Below, one piece after another: positions 9,685 to 22,200 of a DNA stretch of 39,738 nt (position 1 is the stretch's first letter; the number at the start of each line of letters is the position of its first letter). The position numbers and the translations under genes were made by a program. The DNA is from Acidimicrobiales bacterium (lineage in GTDB: Bacteria > Actinomycetota > Acidimicrobiia > Acidimicrobiales > RAAP-2), in assembly GCA_050743805.1 (NCBI GenBank), contig JBOGFX010000081.1, forward strand, positions 1-39,738. Reading direction: 5' to 3'. The notes below the pieces were generated by a model, which had not been told where the DNA came from, made no database searches, and saw only the letters and a list, made by a program, of their open reading frames with translations.

Positions 9685-11620
9685 AGGAGGTGTAGAGGTT
9701 CACCGCGGTCCCATCGTTGACCGTGGTGCCGGGCTCCGGGACGGTCGCGAACACGGTCCCGTGGTCGGGTCCATAGACGTTGCCCAGCTTGAGGCCGTCC
9801 TTGGCGAGAGTCGTCTCGGCCTGGGAGACCGAGTCACTGCTCACGTTGGGGACCTGGACAGTCGGGGGTCCCGTAGAGACGTAGACGGTCACGGTCGACC
9901 CCGGTTGTGCCTGGGTCCCAATGGCGGGGCTCGTGTGGTCTACCTGGCCCGCGGGGTAGTTGGTCGAGGAGGTGGAGGACTCCACGACCGTGAAGCCCAG
10001 GGCCTGAAGAGCGGTCTGGGCCTGGGCGAAGGTGCCACCCGCCACAGAGGGGATCGTGCGCGGGGCAGGTCCCTTCGACAGGGCTATTAGCACGGTCCCG
10101 CCGTATGGGGCCCGGGTCGCGTTCAGCTTGTTGTCGTAGGACCAGTTGATGATCTCTCCCACCTGGACCGAGTCGCTGTAGCCGGCCGCCGCGGGCGGAC
10201 AGGCCGCCTTCAGATGGCTGACGGCGAGAAGTCGCGTCGCCCCGGCGCACCCGAGGCCAGTCAGCGACGGGACCCGCTCTACGGGCAAGCCGGTGGAGAC
10301 GACGACGTTGACGGTGCTCCCCTGCTTGAGGCGGGCACCCGGGCGAGGGTCCTGGCTCACGATCCGACCCGCTCCGACGCTGATCGACGCCACCCTCTCG
10401 GAGGTCGAGACGCTGAAGTGGTCGGCCGCGACCGATCTGCGAGCGGTGGACAGCGTCATGGCCGTCAGCCTGGGGACCGGATGAGAGGGGGTGAAGACGC
10501 CCTTGGCCAGGGCGGCCACCAGAGCCCCGGCGATCAAGGCCAGGACCACCGTCACCACGGCCAGCACGATCGGCCACCGCCGCTTGCCGGGAGCGTGAAC
10601 GCCGGCCCTTGCCTTTGAGTCCAGCGCCTCTGCGTCGAAGACCTCCCCGCTCCCAGACGCGGGACCAGAAGGACCGATCAACGCGGCGTGCTCGGCGCCG
10701 GTTTGAGGGGAAGTGATCTGGGTGGGCAGCCCCGCCAGGGTGGGGGGGCCGGCGGTGGGCCGCTGTGGAGCCGCCAGAGGCAGGGGCTCGGGGCGCGCAA
10801 GGGCCTCCGCCAACGTCTCCAGCTGGCGGGCCAGGTTGGCCGCATCAGGTCGGAGCTCCCGATCACCAGCGGCGGCGCGGCGCAAGATCGGTGCAAGAGC
10901 TCCGAGGCCCCCGTGGTCCGGGAGCACGGCGCCGATCCGGGCGCTCAAGGTGCCCATGGCAGTGTCCAGGACGAAGGGCACGTATCCGGTCAGCGCCTCG
11001 AAGCAGACGAGCGCAAGAGAGTAGACGTCCGCCCGGCCGTCGAGCGCCAGCCCCTGAGCCTGCTCGGGTGCGCCGTAGCGGGCCGTGCCCACGGTCGCGC
11101 CGACGGGCTCGGTCCACGCTCCTTCGGCGAGCGCCCTCGCGACTCCGAAGTCGGCGACCCTCACCCTGCCCTCCTCGTCGAACAGCAGGTTCGCGGGCTT
11201 CACGTCGCGGTGCACGAGGCCCCGGGCGTGCGCGTGGGCCAGTCCCCGGGCGGCCTGGGCCATGACCGAGGTGACCTGGGCGACGCTCAAGCGCTGACCG
11301 CGCTCGAAGATGTCCAGGAGGCTGCCCCCGCTCAACAGCTCAAGCACCAGATAGGGGCCCCCCTCGTCCTCGCCCCAGTCAAAAACCCGAGCGATGTGGG
11401 GATGGTTGAGAGCTGCGGCCGAGCGTGCCTCGGCAACGAACCTCTTCAAAAAGCGGCGGTCGCTCGCAAGGGCGGGCTGCAGCAACTTGACCGCGACCTG
11501 GCGCCCGAGCGACACATCCTCGGCCCTGAACACCTGGGCCGAAGCCCCTAGCCCGATCGCTGCGACGAGCCTGTACCGACCGCCTAGAACCCGGCCGATG
11601 GCATCGGTGGTGATCGACAT
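9683..11620 (-). CDS. Ser/Thr protein kinase with transmembrane segment and four PASTA-like extracellular repeats (PknB-like)
   Basis: Hanks kinase motifs are present: VAVK, HRDVKPANLL, DFGVAR, GAPE. A hydrophobic segment follows (WPIVLAVVTVVLALIAGALVAALA), then four ~65-aa repeats ending in ...VVVSTG / ...ALSKGP / ...VYVSTGP / ...VNLYTS. Confidence 0.9.
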   Translation of the reverse strand: MSITTDAIGRVLGGRYRLVAAIGLGASAQVFRAEDVSLGRQVAVKLLQPALASDRRFLKRFVAEARSAAALNHPHIARVFDWGEDEGGPYLVLELLSGGSLLDIFERGQRLSVAQVTSVMAQAARGLAHAHARGLVHRDVKPANLLFDEEGRVRVADFGVARALAEGAWTEPVGATVGTARYGAPEQAQGLALDGRADVYSLALVCFEALTGYVPFVLDTAMGTLSARIGAVLPDHGGLGALAPILRRAAAGDRELRPDAANLARQLETLAEALARPEPLPLAAPQRPTAGPPTLAGLPTQITSPQTGAEHAALIGPSGPASGSGEVFDAEALDSKARAGVHAPGKRRWPIVLAVVTVVLALIAGALVAALAKGVFTPSHPVPRLTAMTLSTARRSVAADHFSVSTSERVASISVGAGRIVSQDPRPGARLKQGSTVNVVVSTGLPVERVPSLTGLGCAGATRLLAVSHLKAACPPAAAGYSDSVQVGEIINWSYDNKLNATRAPYGGTVLIALSKGPAPRTIPSVAGGTFAQAQTALQALGFTVVESSTSSTNYPAGQVDHTSPAIGTQAQPGSTVTVYVSTGPPTVQVPNVSSDSVSQAETTLAKDGLKLGNVYGPDHGTVFATVPEPGTTVNDGTAVNLYTS

Positions 11621-11673
11621 GGTCGTAGTCAGGCTAGTTGGACGCGCGTGCCCGACCCGGCATGTCGGAAGGG

Positions 11674-14834
<3,161 letters not shown>

Positions 14835-14863
14835 CCTGGCAGTCTGCCATCGCCGCCAGCTGC

Positions 14864-16024
14864 TCAGCGCGGGCGCACGCCTCTCAGTGCCTCGAGCGTG
14901 GCACTGACCACATCGACCGCCCTCTCTACCTCAGAGGGAACGGTCGTGTGGCCGAGGCTGAAACGGATCCCACTGCGAGCCGCCGCATCTGACAGACCCA
15001 TCGCCTTGAGCACATGGCTCGCTCCGAGCGCCCCGCTCGCACAAGACGCTCCCCCCGACGCGCACAACCCCCCTCGATCGAAGAGGACCAGGAGCTCCTC
15101 GTGGTCCAGGCCGTCGAAGAGAAGATGGCAGTGCGAAGGCAGGGTCGAGGCGCGTGGCACGGTCTCGGTCACCCCCCCGAGGTCGAGCACCATGTCGGCA
15201 AATCGGTCGCGCAAGGCGGCAAGCCTGGAGGTCTCCTGCACGCGGGAGGAGCGCTGCGCCGCCGCCGCCGCACCGAAGCCGACGGCGCCCGCGACGTTCT
15301 GGGTTCCGCTTCGCCGCTCCTGCTCTTGGCCACCTCCGTAGAGGATCGCCTGCAGGCTCGAGGGCGGCCGCACGATCAGGGCTCCGATGCCCTTGGGCCC
15401 GCCGATCTTGTGGGCGCTCAGCGAGACCAGGTCGAAGCCCGAGGCAACCGTCGCTAGATCCAGGTACCCGGCGGCCTGGACCGCGTCGGTGTGCAGCACG
15501 GCGGCCGGAGCCGAGCCTCTGACGACGCCCGCCACCTCCGCTAGCGGCTGCACGGTGCCCACTTCGTTGTTGGCAGCCATGACCGAGACGAGTCGCACCC
15601 CGTCGTCGAGCGCTGCGGACAGCTGGTCGATGTCGATGACGGCCGCCTCGTCGACTCCGATCTCAGCGAGCTCGGCTCTGCGCGCGAACCGTCCGTCAGA
15701 GATGGCCCGCAGTGGCTCGAGGACCGCTGCGTGCTCGATGGCAGAGCACAGAGCCTTGACAGGACCACCCTCGCCGCCGGCCAGCAGCGTGCCCAAGACG
15801 GCGAGGTTGTCTGCTTCGGTGCCCCCCGATGTGAAGACCACCTCGGCGGGCCGCGCACCTACGAGCGCCGCCACCTGCTCACGAGCCTCCTCCAGGGCCC
15901 GGCGCGCCGCCCGAGCCATCGAATGAGATCCGGAGGGGTTGGCGAAGTGGCCCATGACGAAGGGGGCCATCGCGTCGCGCGCTTCTTGGCGCAGAGGGGT
16001 GCTCGCAGCGTGGTCGAGGTACAG
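14864..16024 (-). CDS. cysteine desulfurase (NifS/IscS class V aminotransferase); proposed non-canonical CTG start
   Basis: The ORF-track version (ATG 15970) carries SAHKIGGPKG (PLP lysine) and the catalytic Cys loop GGASCASG. The in-frame sequence upstream of ATG 15970 translates to PLYLDHAASTPLRQEARDA, the conserved family N-terminus. No ATG/GTG/TTG lies between the upstream in-frame TGA and that motif; only CTG 16024 and CTG 16051 do. Confidence 0.8.
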   Translation of the reverse strand: MYLDHAASTPLRQEARDAMAPFVMGHFANPSGSHSMARAARRALEEAREQVAALVGARPAEVVFTSGGTEADNLAVLGTLLAGGEGGPVKALCSAIEHAAVLEPLRAISDGRFARRAELAEIGVDEAAVIDIDQLSAALDDGVRLVSVMAANNEVGTVQPLAEVAGVVRGSAPAAVLHTDAVQAAGYLDLATVASGFDLVSLSAHKIGGPKGIGALIVRPPSSLQAILYGGGQEQERRSGTQNVAGAVGFGAAAAAQRSSRVQETSRLAALRDRFADMVLDLGGVTETVPRASTLPSHCHLLFDGLDHEELLVLFDRGGLCASGGASCASGALGASHVLKAMGLSDAAARSGIRFSLGHTTVPSEVERAVDVVSATLEALRGVRPR

Positions 16025-16061
16025 GGGCGGGGCCCCGCCGGCCGCGCTCAGCTGCTCGCGC

Positions 16062-17426
16062 TCACGCCACCCAGACGGCTTTGGCGTTGCAGAACTCCCT
16101 CATGCCGACGGCCGACAGCTCGCGACCGTAACCGGAGCGCTTGATGCCTCCGAAGGGAAGCTCGGGCGTGGAAGCCACCATCGAGTTCACGAAGACCATG
16201 CCTGCCTCGATGCCCTCGATACATTGACGCTGCTCTCGCGGGTCCTCCGCCCACACGCTGGAGCCGAGCCCGAACGAGGTCCGATTAGCCACCTCGATGG
16301 CTTCGTCGATGTCCGCGACCGGCTCGATGATCGCGACGGGCCCGAAGACCTCCTCCTCGTAGACCCGCATCGCAGGAGTCACTCCCATGAGCACGGTCGG
16401 CCGGTAGAACCAGCCGTCGCCTGCAAGCGCATCGCCACCGCATGCGACGTTGGCTCCCTTGTCACGCGCGTCGTCTACCTGTGCCGCTATCTCGTCACGC
16501 TGTGACTCGGAGACCAGAGGACCGACATCGGTTCCAGGCTCGAACGGGTCGCCCAGCTTGAGAGCGGCCATGGTCTCGACAAAAAGCGGGACGAACGCCT
16601 CGGCGATCTCGTCGACCACCACGAACCTCTTGGCCGCGATACAAGACTGGCCGTTGTTCTGAACCCTTGCAAGCGCACCGACCCTCGCTGCCCGGTCGAT
16701 GTCCGCAGAGGAGAGCACCAGGAACGGATCCGATCCGCCGAGCTCGAGAACGCACTTCTTCAGGGCGTCCCCGGCCGCCCTTCCCACGCTGCGGCCCGCC
16801 CCCTCGCTGCCGGTCAGGGTGACGGCCACGATCCGGTCATCGGCGATCAGGGGCGCCACCGCCTTCGATGAGATGAGCAGGCTGGTGAAGGCTCCCTCCG
16901 GGAAGCCGGCGCGTCGGTAGAGGTCCTCCAGCAGCAGAGCCGTCTGCGGCACGTTCGACGCGTGTTTCAAGAGGCCCACGTTGCCTGCCATCAGTGCGGG
17001 GGCGGCAAAGCGGACCACCTGCCAAAGAGGGAAGTTCCACGGCATGACGGCGAGCACCGGGCCCAGTGGCTCGTAACGGACGAGGGAACGGCTGGCCGAG
17101 GACGCCACGACCTCGTCGGCCAAGAACTCCTTCGCGTGCTCCGCGTAGTAGCGCATGCACAGCGCGCACTTGGCCACCTCGGCCTTGGCCGACGCGAATG
17201 TCTTGCCCATCTCCGTCGTCAGCACGCGCGCTATTTCGGGACCCTCGGCGTCACAGATGTCTGCCGCCGTTCGCATCCATGCCGCACGGTCCTCCAAAGC
17301 GGTGTTCTTGTAGGTTCGAAAGGTGTCTGCGGCGAGCTGGACCTTGGCCTCGACGTCTTCAGCCGAGAACTCGTCAAAGGTCGCTTCGACCTTGCCTGTC
17401 GCAGGATTCAATGTCTCAAAAGCCAT
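16062..17426 (-). CDS. NAD(P)+-dependent aldehyde dehydrogenase, succinate-semialdehyde dehydrogenase-like
   Basis: 454 aa of the ALDH superfamily with catalytic LELGGSDP (Glu) and NNGQSCIAAKR (Cys). The N-terminus MAFETLNPATGKVEATFDEFSAEDVE resembles short SSADH-type enzymes. Confidence 0.9.
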   Translation of the reverse strand: MAFETLNPATGKVEATFDEFSAEDVEAKVQLAADTFRTYKNTALEDRAAWMRTAADICDAEGPEIARVLTTEMGKTFASAKAEVAKCALCMRYYAEHAKEFLADEVVASSASRSLVRYEPLGPVLAVMPWNFPLWQVVRFAAPALMAGNVGLLKHASNVPQTALLLEDLYRRAGFPEGAFTSLLISSKAVAPLIADDRIVAVTLTGSEGAGRSVGRAAGDALKKCVLELGGSDPFLVLSSADIDRAARVGALARVQNNGQSCIAAKRFVVVDEIAEAFVPLFVETMAALKLGDPFEPGTDVGPLVSESQRDEIAAQVDDARDKGANVACGGDALAGDGWFYRPTVLMGVTPAMRVYEEEVFGPVAIIEPVADIDEAIEVANRTSFGLGSSVWAEDPREQRQCIEGIEAGMVFVNSMVASTPELPFGGIKRSGYGRELSAVGMREFCNAKAVWVA

Positions 17427-17460
17427 GGAAACGCCCCGCTAGCTCGTGGTCGGTGGAGCC

Positions 17461-17583
17461 TCAGCCCTTGCGCTGCCGGCGCGGCTTGAGGGCGAACCAC
17501 CAGATGCTGGCCATGGTTGCGAGCAGTCCCAACAGCGCAGCCACTGGCTTGACCAACTTGGAAGCCCGCACAACCATGGTCAT
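17461..17583 (-). CDS. possible small membrane protein (40 aa)
   Basis: MTMVVRASKLVKPVAALLGLLATMASIWWFALKPRRQRKG has one hydrophobic helix followed by a basic tail, with mostly G/C in third codon positions. There is no clear Shine-Dalgarno and I recognise no homolog. Confidence 0.3.
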   Translation of the reverse strand: MTMVVRASKLVKPVAALLGLLATMASIWWFALKPRRQRKG

Positions 17584-18014
17584 GGACTTTACCCGCTCGG
17601 TCGAGGCGGCCACAGGGGTCGGCCGTGGCCGTGAAGGACCGCTTGACACGGGACGTCTACCCAGGGTGCCACGACCTCACCGAGGGCTCACGTCAGGCAG
17701 GCGCCCTGGTAGTGGGCCCGAGGCGCCGATCCGCCGGGCCGATACCCGGTCCACGCAAGCTCCGGCGGTCGGTCTGGCACAGGTGCCCTCGCTCGTCCGA
17801 CAGCCCAGACGGGCGCCGGATCTCTCTGCCTGGGTGCGCGCGACGGCAGAGGTTCGCCAGACCCAGACGCGTGCCAGCCGCCGGCGTCCGACTTCACCTC
17901 GGCCTGGTAGAGTGGTGCGTCGCTGGCTTCGGGCTGGCGTGGCCTGTTCGAGAGCTTCCCGAGTCGGTCCAATCCGAACGGAGCCTCGACATCTTCCAGC
18001 AAGCGAACCCTCCG

Positions 18015-18458
18015 ATGACCTCCGCGTCCTACGACGAGCGACAAGCCCAATCTGGGTGCCGCCGGCTGTCGGTCCGACTCGAATCCGCGCGCCGAGGCCT
18101 CCTGGTGGACAACTCCATCCGTAGACAGCCGCGGAGCAAGGGGTCGCAGCGATGCGCGGGGACGGCTCACCGGCGAGGCGGATTCCCAAAGCGACAGCAG
18201 CTCACGACCACGAAGGTGGACGCAGCGGTCCTCGCATCGCGCGAAGGCGGCAGCTCCTGCTCAGCCATCGCTCGATGGCTCGATCTCGGTCGGGCGAGCG
18301 ACGCTCACCGAGGCTTGCTTCGGGCCCTCGGTGCGAACCAAGAGGCCCGCTTGGATCGACTCGAGCAGCGGATGCGCGACACGGACACCGCTGGGCCCGA
18401 CAGGGTCACGCACGTGCAGTTGGGCGCGGACGAGCTCACAGAGGCCATCGGGCGGTGA
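18015..18458 (+). CDS. hypothetical protein with a putative helix-turn-helix segment
   Basis: 147 aa starting [10 protein letters not shown]. The segment [37 protein letters not shown] looks like an HTH. The stop overlaps the GTG of the next ORF (GTGA). Third-position G/C is lower than in neighbouring genes, there is no obvious Shine-Dalgarno, and the start is uncertain. Confidence 0.4.
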   Translation: MTSASYDERQAQSGCRRLSVRLESARRGLLVDNSIRRQPRSKGSQRCAGTAHRRGGFPKRQQLTTTKVDAAVLASREGGSSCSAIARWLDLGRASDAHRGLLRALGANQEARLDRLEQRMRDTDTAGPDRVTHVQLGADELTEAIGR

Positions 18459-18745
18459 CCACGGAGGCAACGATCTCTTGCGTCCTGTGCGGGGACCCGG
18501 CGACCGAAAGCATCGAACCGCCGCGCAAGACCCTCGCACGGGGGATCGACCCGGGCGATCCGTCGTACTCGGTCACCGTGATCCTTCCCAAAGTCTCGGT
18601 CTGCGCGGCGCACGCCCACGACGTCCACCACGGAGACAGAGCAATCGGATGGTGCGACGACGAGCGTTGCCGCACCTACGGAGAGCTCGGCCAGCCCTCT
18701 GCCTGCGGCGATCCATACAAGAAGCTGAACCCGGGCCGCTCCTGA
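18455..18745 (+). CDS. hypothetical Cys/His-rich small protein (possible zinc-binding)
   Basis: 96 aa: [14 protein letters not shown]...[42 protein letters not shown], with CxxC plus further Cys/His. Third codon positions are G/C-rich, and the start is GTGA-coupled to the preceding ORF. Confidence 0.5.
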   Translation: MTTEATISCVLCGDPATESIEPPRKTLARGIDPGDPSYSVTVILPKVSVCAAHAHDVHHGDRAIGWCDDERCRTYGELGQPSACGDPYKKLNPGRS

Positions 18746-18772
18746 GCGGCGCGCTCTCGACATCGATCACGG

Positions 18773-18822
18773 CAACAACCAACAACCAACAACCAACAAC
18801 CAACAATGCAACAACCAACAAT
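18773..18822 (+). repeat. G-free C/A-only heptamer repeat (CAACAAC)n in the csp 5' leader
   Basis: CAACAAC x4, then CAACAAT-G-CAACAAC-CAACAAT, read directly. It ends 18 nt before the csp ATG and is followed by an AAGGAAG Shine-Dalgarno. Confidence 0.9.
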
Positions 18823-18840
18823 GAAGAAGGAAGCAAGAAC

Positions 18841-19044
18841 ATGGCAACTGGAACGGTGAAGTTCTTCAACAGCGACAAGGGCTTCGGGTTCATCACCCCG
18901 ACCAGCGGGGACAAGGACGTCTTCGTCCACTACTCCAACGTGGTGGGCGAGGGGTACAAGAGCCTCGAAGAGGGCCAACAGGTCGAATTCGACCTCGCCC
19001 AGGGCCGCAAAGGGCCCGAGGCGCAGAACGTCAGGCCCCTGTAG
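18841..19044 (+). CDS. cspA: cold-shock protein (CspA family, S1-like cold-shock domain)
   Basis: 67 aa: [34 protein letters not shown]..., with RNP1 (KGFGFI) and RNP2 (VFVHY) motifs. An AAGGAAG Shine-Dalgarno lies 7 nt upstream. Confidence 0.95.
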   Translation: MATGTVKFFNSDKGFGFITPTSGDKDVFVHYSNVVGEGYKSLEEGQQVEFDLAQGRKGPEAQNVRPL

Positions 19045-19141
19045 CCCAAACCGACCCTGGGCGAGCGTGGCCGGCCCGGGAACGTCCGAGCCTGACACCG
19101 ATCGGCTCGTGATCGTCGAGAGCCACACTCCGGCGCAGGGG

Positions 19142-19162
19142 GGCCCCGCTGCGAGCGGGGCC
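19142..19162. terminator. GC-rich hairpin in the convergent csp/ileS spacer (possible bidirectional terminator)
   Basis: GGCCCCGCT-gcg-AGCGGGGCC is a perfect 9-bp stem with a 3-nt loop. Neither strand has a clear U tract. Confidence 0.4.
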
Positions 19163-19212
19163 GTCTGAGTCCCATAGGATGCGCGTGCGGCTCCGCTGGC
19201 GCGCGGCCCCTC

Positions 19213-22200
19213 TTATTCGGCGACCGCCGTGCTCACCTTCTCGATCCAGACGCGGGCGGAGCGGTCTCCGAGCGTGAGCTCGTTGGGGAGACCCGCGCCC
19301 TCCCCGAGGTCGATCTGGACCGCCAAGACCTCTTCGGCAAGCACGTCAAGGTGGTCACTCAGGGCCTCGGCACCCGATAGGACCAGCCTTATCCGGTCGG
19401 TCACGTCAAGACCGGCCTCCTTGCGCAGGTCTTGAACCTGGCGGATCACGTCGCGCATCAGGCCACGGCGAGCCAGGTCCTCATCGATGTCGACATCGAG
19501 CGCGACTACCTCGGAGCCCTGGCGCGAAACCGCCCGGCCCGGCTGGGGGCGGGCTCGCAGCTCGACGTCTTGGGGGGAGAGCTCGACGATCTCGGCCTCC
19601 AGCTGGACGCGCACCGAACGTCCCTCCTCCAAGGCACGAGCGACCTGGCCTGCATCGAGAGACTCGAGGGCGGCCCTGAGCGCTTGGACCCTGCGCCCGA
19701 GACGCGGCCCGAGCGCTCGGAAATTGGGGATGATCTCAAACTCCACGAGCTCTTGAAGCTCCGTCGCGACCTCCAGGCCGTCGACGTTCAGCTCGTCGGC
19801 AACCAGGTCTTCTAACAACGCGGGCGCACCCGGCGCGAGCAGGAGGAAGGCTCTGCGCAGGGGCTGGCGCACCTTGATGCCGGCCTCGCTGCGGGCCGCG
19901 CGGCCAAGCGACGAGAGCCTGCGCGCCTGCGCCATCTCCGCCTCGAGCACCAAATCGAGGTTGGAGGGGTCCACGTTGGGCCAATCCCGTAGATGGACCG
20001 AATCACTCTCGGCTGCCGAGGTGAGCTCCCTCCACATGAAGTCCGCGACGAAAGGGCAGAAGGGAGCAAAAAGGAGGCACAGGGCGATCAGAGCCTCCAG
20101 AAGGGTCGCATGCGCGCTCAGCGAGTCGCTCTCGGGCGCATTGGGATCCGTGTGCCAGAACCGCCGGCGGCTCCGACGTACGAACCAGTTGGACAGCTCG
20201 TCGACAAGGGTCGCCAGGTGTCCGGCCGCCCTATAGGGGTCGTAGCTGTCGAGCGCGTCGCTCACTTGAGCGGTGACCGAGGTGACCCGGGAGATCAGCC
20301 AGCGGTCCAAGGCGGGGCGCTCAGCGCTGGGCGGGATCTGCGGGTCGCTCTGATCGAAGTTGTTCGCCGCCGCGTAGGTGGTGAAGAAACTGAAGGTGTT
20401 CCACAAGGTGAGGAGGGTCTCACGCATAGTCGTGTCGATCGCGGAGAGCTTCGCCTGGGTAGACGTCCATGGCGAGCCCTGTGCGAACATCCACCACCGC
20501 ATCGGATCGGCTCCCCGGGTTTCGAGCACCTCCCAGGGGTCGAGCATGTTCCCCAGGGACTTGGATGCCTTTCGCCCCTGATCGTCGACGATGTGACCCA
20601 GGCAGACCACATGCTTGTAGGGAGCCGAGCCGAATACGAGCTGGTTCACCGCCAAAAGCGAATAGAACCAGCCCCGGGTCTGGTCGATCGCCTCGGAAAT
20701 GAAGTCGGCCGGGTACTCGAAGCGCTCGGATGAACCCTGTGTGCTCGGGTAGCCGACGCTCGCAGCGGGCATCGAGCCCGAGTCGAACCACGCGTCAATG
20801 ACCGCTTCGACCCTGCGCGCCGCCACGGCGGGCCGCCCGCGATCGGCGCATGGCGCGCAGCCGATCTCGACCTCGTCGATCGACGGTCGATGCAGGTCCA
20901 AGTCCGAGAGGTCCCTCCCCGCCAGCTCCGAGAGCTCCGAGAGCGAGCCGATGCAGGTCACGTGGCCCCAAGAGCAGCGCCAGATCGGCAAGGGAGTCCC
21001 CCAGAAGCGGTCCCTGGAGAGGGCCCAGTCGACGTTGTTCGACAGCCACTCACCAAAGCGACCTCGCTTGATGTGGGCCGGATGCCAGTCGATCGTCTCG
21101 TTGGCCGCCAACAGGTCGACCTTGCGCGACGAGGTCGCCACGTACCAGCTGGGCTTTCCCCAGTAGATGAGCGGCGTCCAGCAGCGCCAACAGTGCGGAT
21201 AGGCATGCACATGGATCCGACGCTCGAGGAGAAGGCCCCGACTCGCGAGGTCGTCGTTTATCGCGTGGTTGGCGTCTCTGACCTCCCGGCCGGCGAGCCA
21301 ACCGGCCGCATCGGTGAAGCGGCCGTCAGGCCCCACGGGGTTCAAGGTGACGAGACCCTGGGCATTGCCCACCTGGCGGTCGACCTCTCCGAACGCAGGC
21401 GCCAGGTGCACCAGCCCCGTCCCCTCGTCGATGGTGACGAAGTCGGCCCCGACCACCTTGGAGCTTTCACCCTCCCCGCTCACCTCCACGAGGTCGAAGG
21501 GGCGCTCGTAACGCAGACCCACCAGGTCACGCCCGGACAGCCGGGCCTGGACCGCGGCGCCATCACCGAAGACCTCCTCTACGAGCTCTTCGGCCACGAC
21601 CATCCCGTCGACTACCGCATAGGAGAGCTCGGGGTTGACTGCGACCCCTGTGTTCGACACGAGGGTCCAAGGGGTCGTGGTCCAGACCAACAAGGCCGAC
21701 GGCTCACCGGCAAGGTCGCCACCTCCTTCCAACGGGAACCGGACGTAGGCGGACTCGTCCTCGATCGGCGAGTACACGTCCTCCTGTCCGAGCTCATGGC
21801 TCGACAGACCGGTCCCACAACGTGGGCAGTATGGGACGACCTTGATGCCCTCGTACAGCAGACCTTGGTCGAACAGCCGGCGGAGGTGCCACCAAACAGA
21901 CTCGACGAAGCTCGTGTCGAGCGTCCAGTACGCGTTGTCAAGGTCGACCCAGTAGCCCATGCGCACCGTGAGGTCCCTCCAGTCGGCCACATAGGACTTG
22001 ACCGACTCACGGCAGAGGGCGACGAACTTCGCGATCCCCACCTCTTCTTCGATCTGACGCTTCCCCCTAATGCCGAGCTGCTTTTCGACCTCGACCTCGA
22101 CCGGAAGCCCGTGGGTGTCCCACCCGGCGCGGCGATCCACCTGGTAGCCGGCCATGGTCCGGTACCGGCAGAACAGGTCCTTGTACGCCCGCGCCCAGGC

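Noticed and set aside
17773-17790. Sigma-54-like TGGCAC element (TCTGGCACAGGTGCCC)
   Set aside because: The required TTGC at the -12 position with correct spacing is missing.
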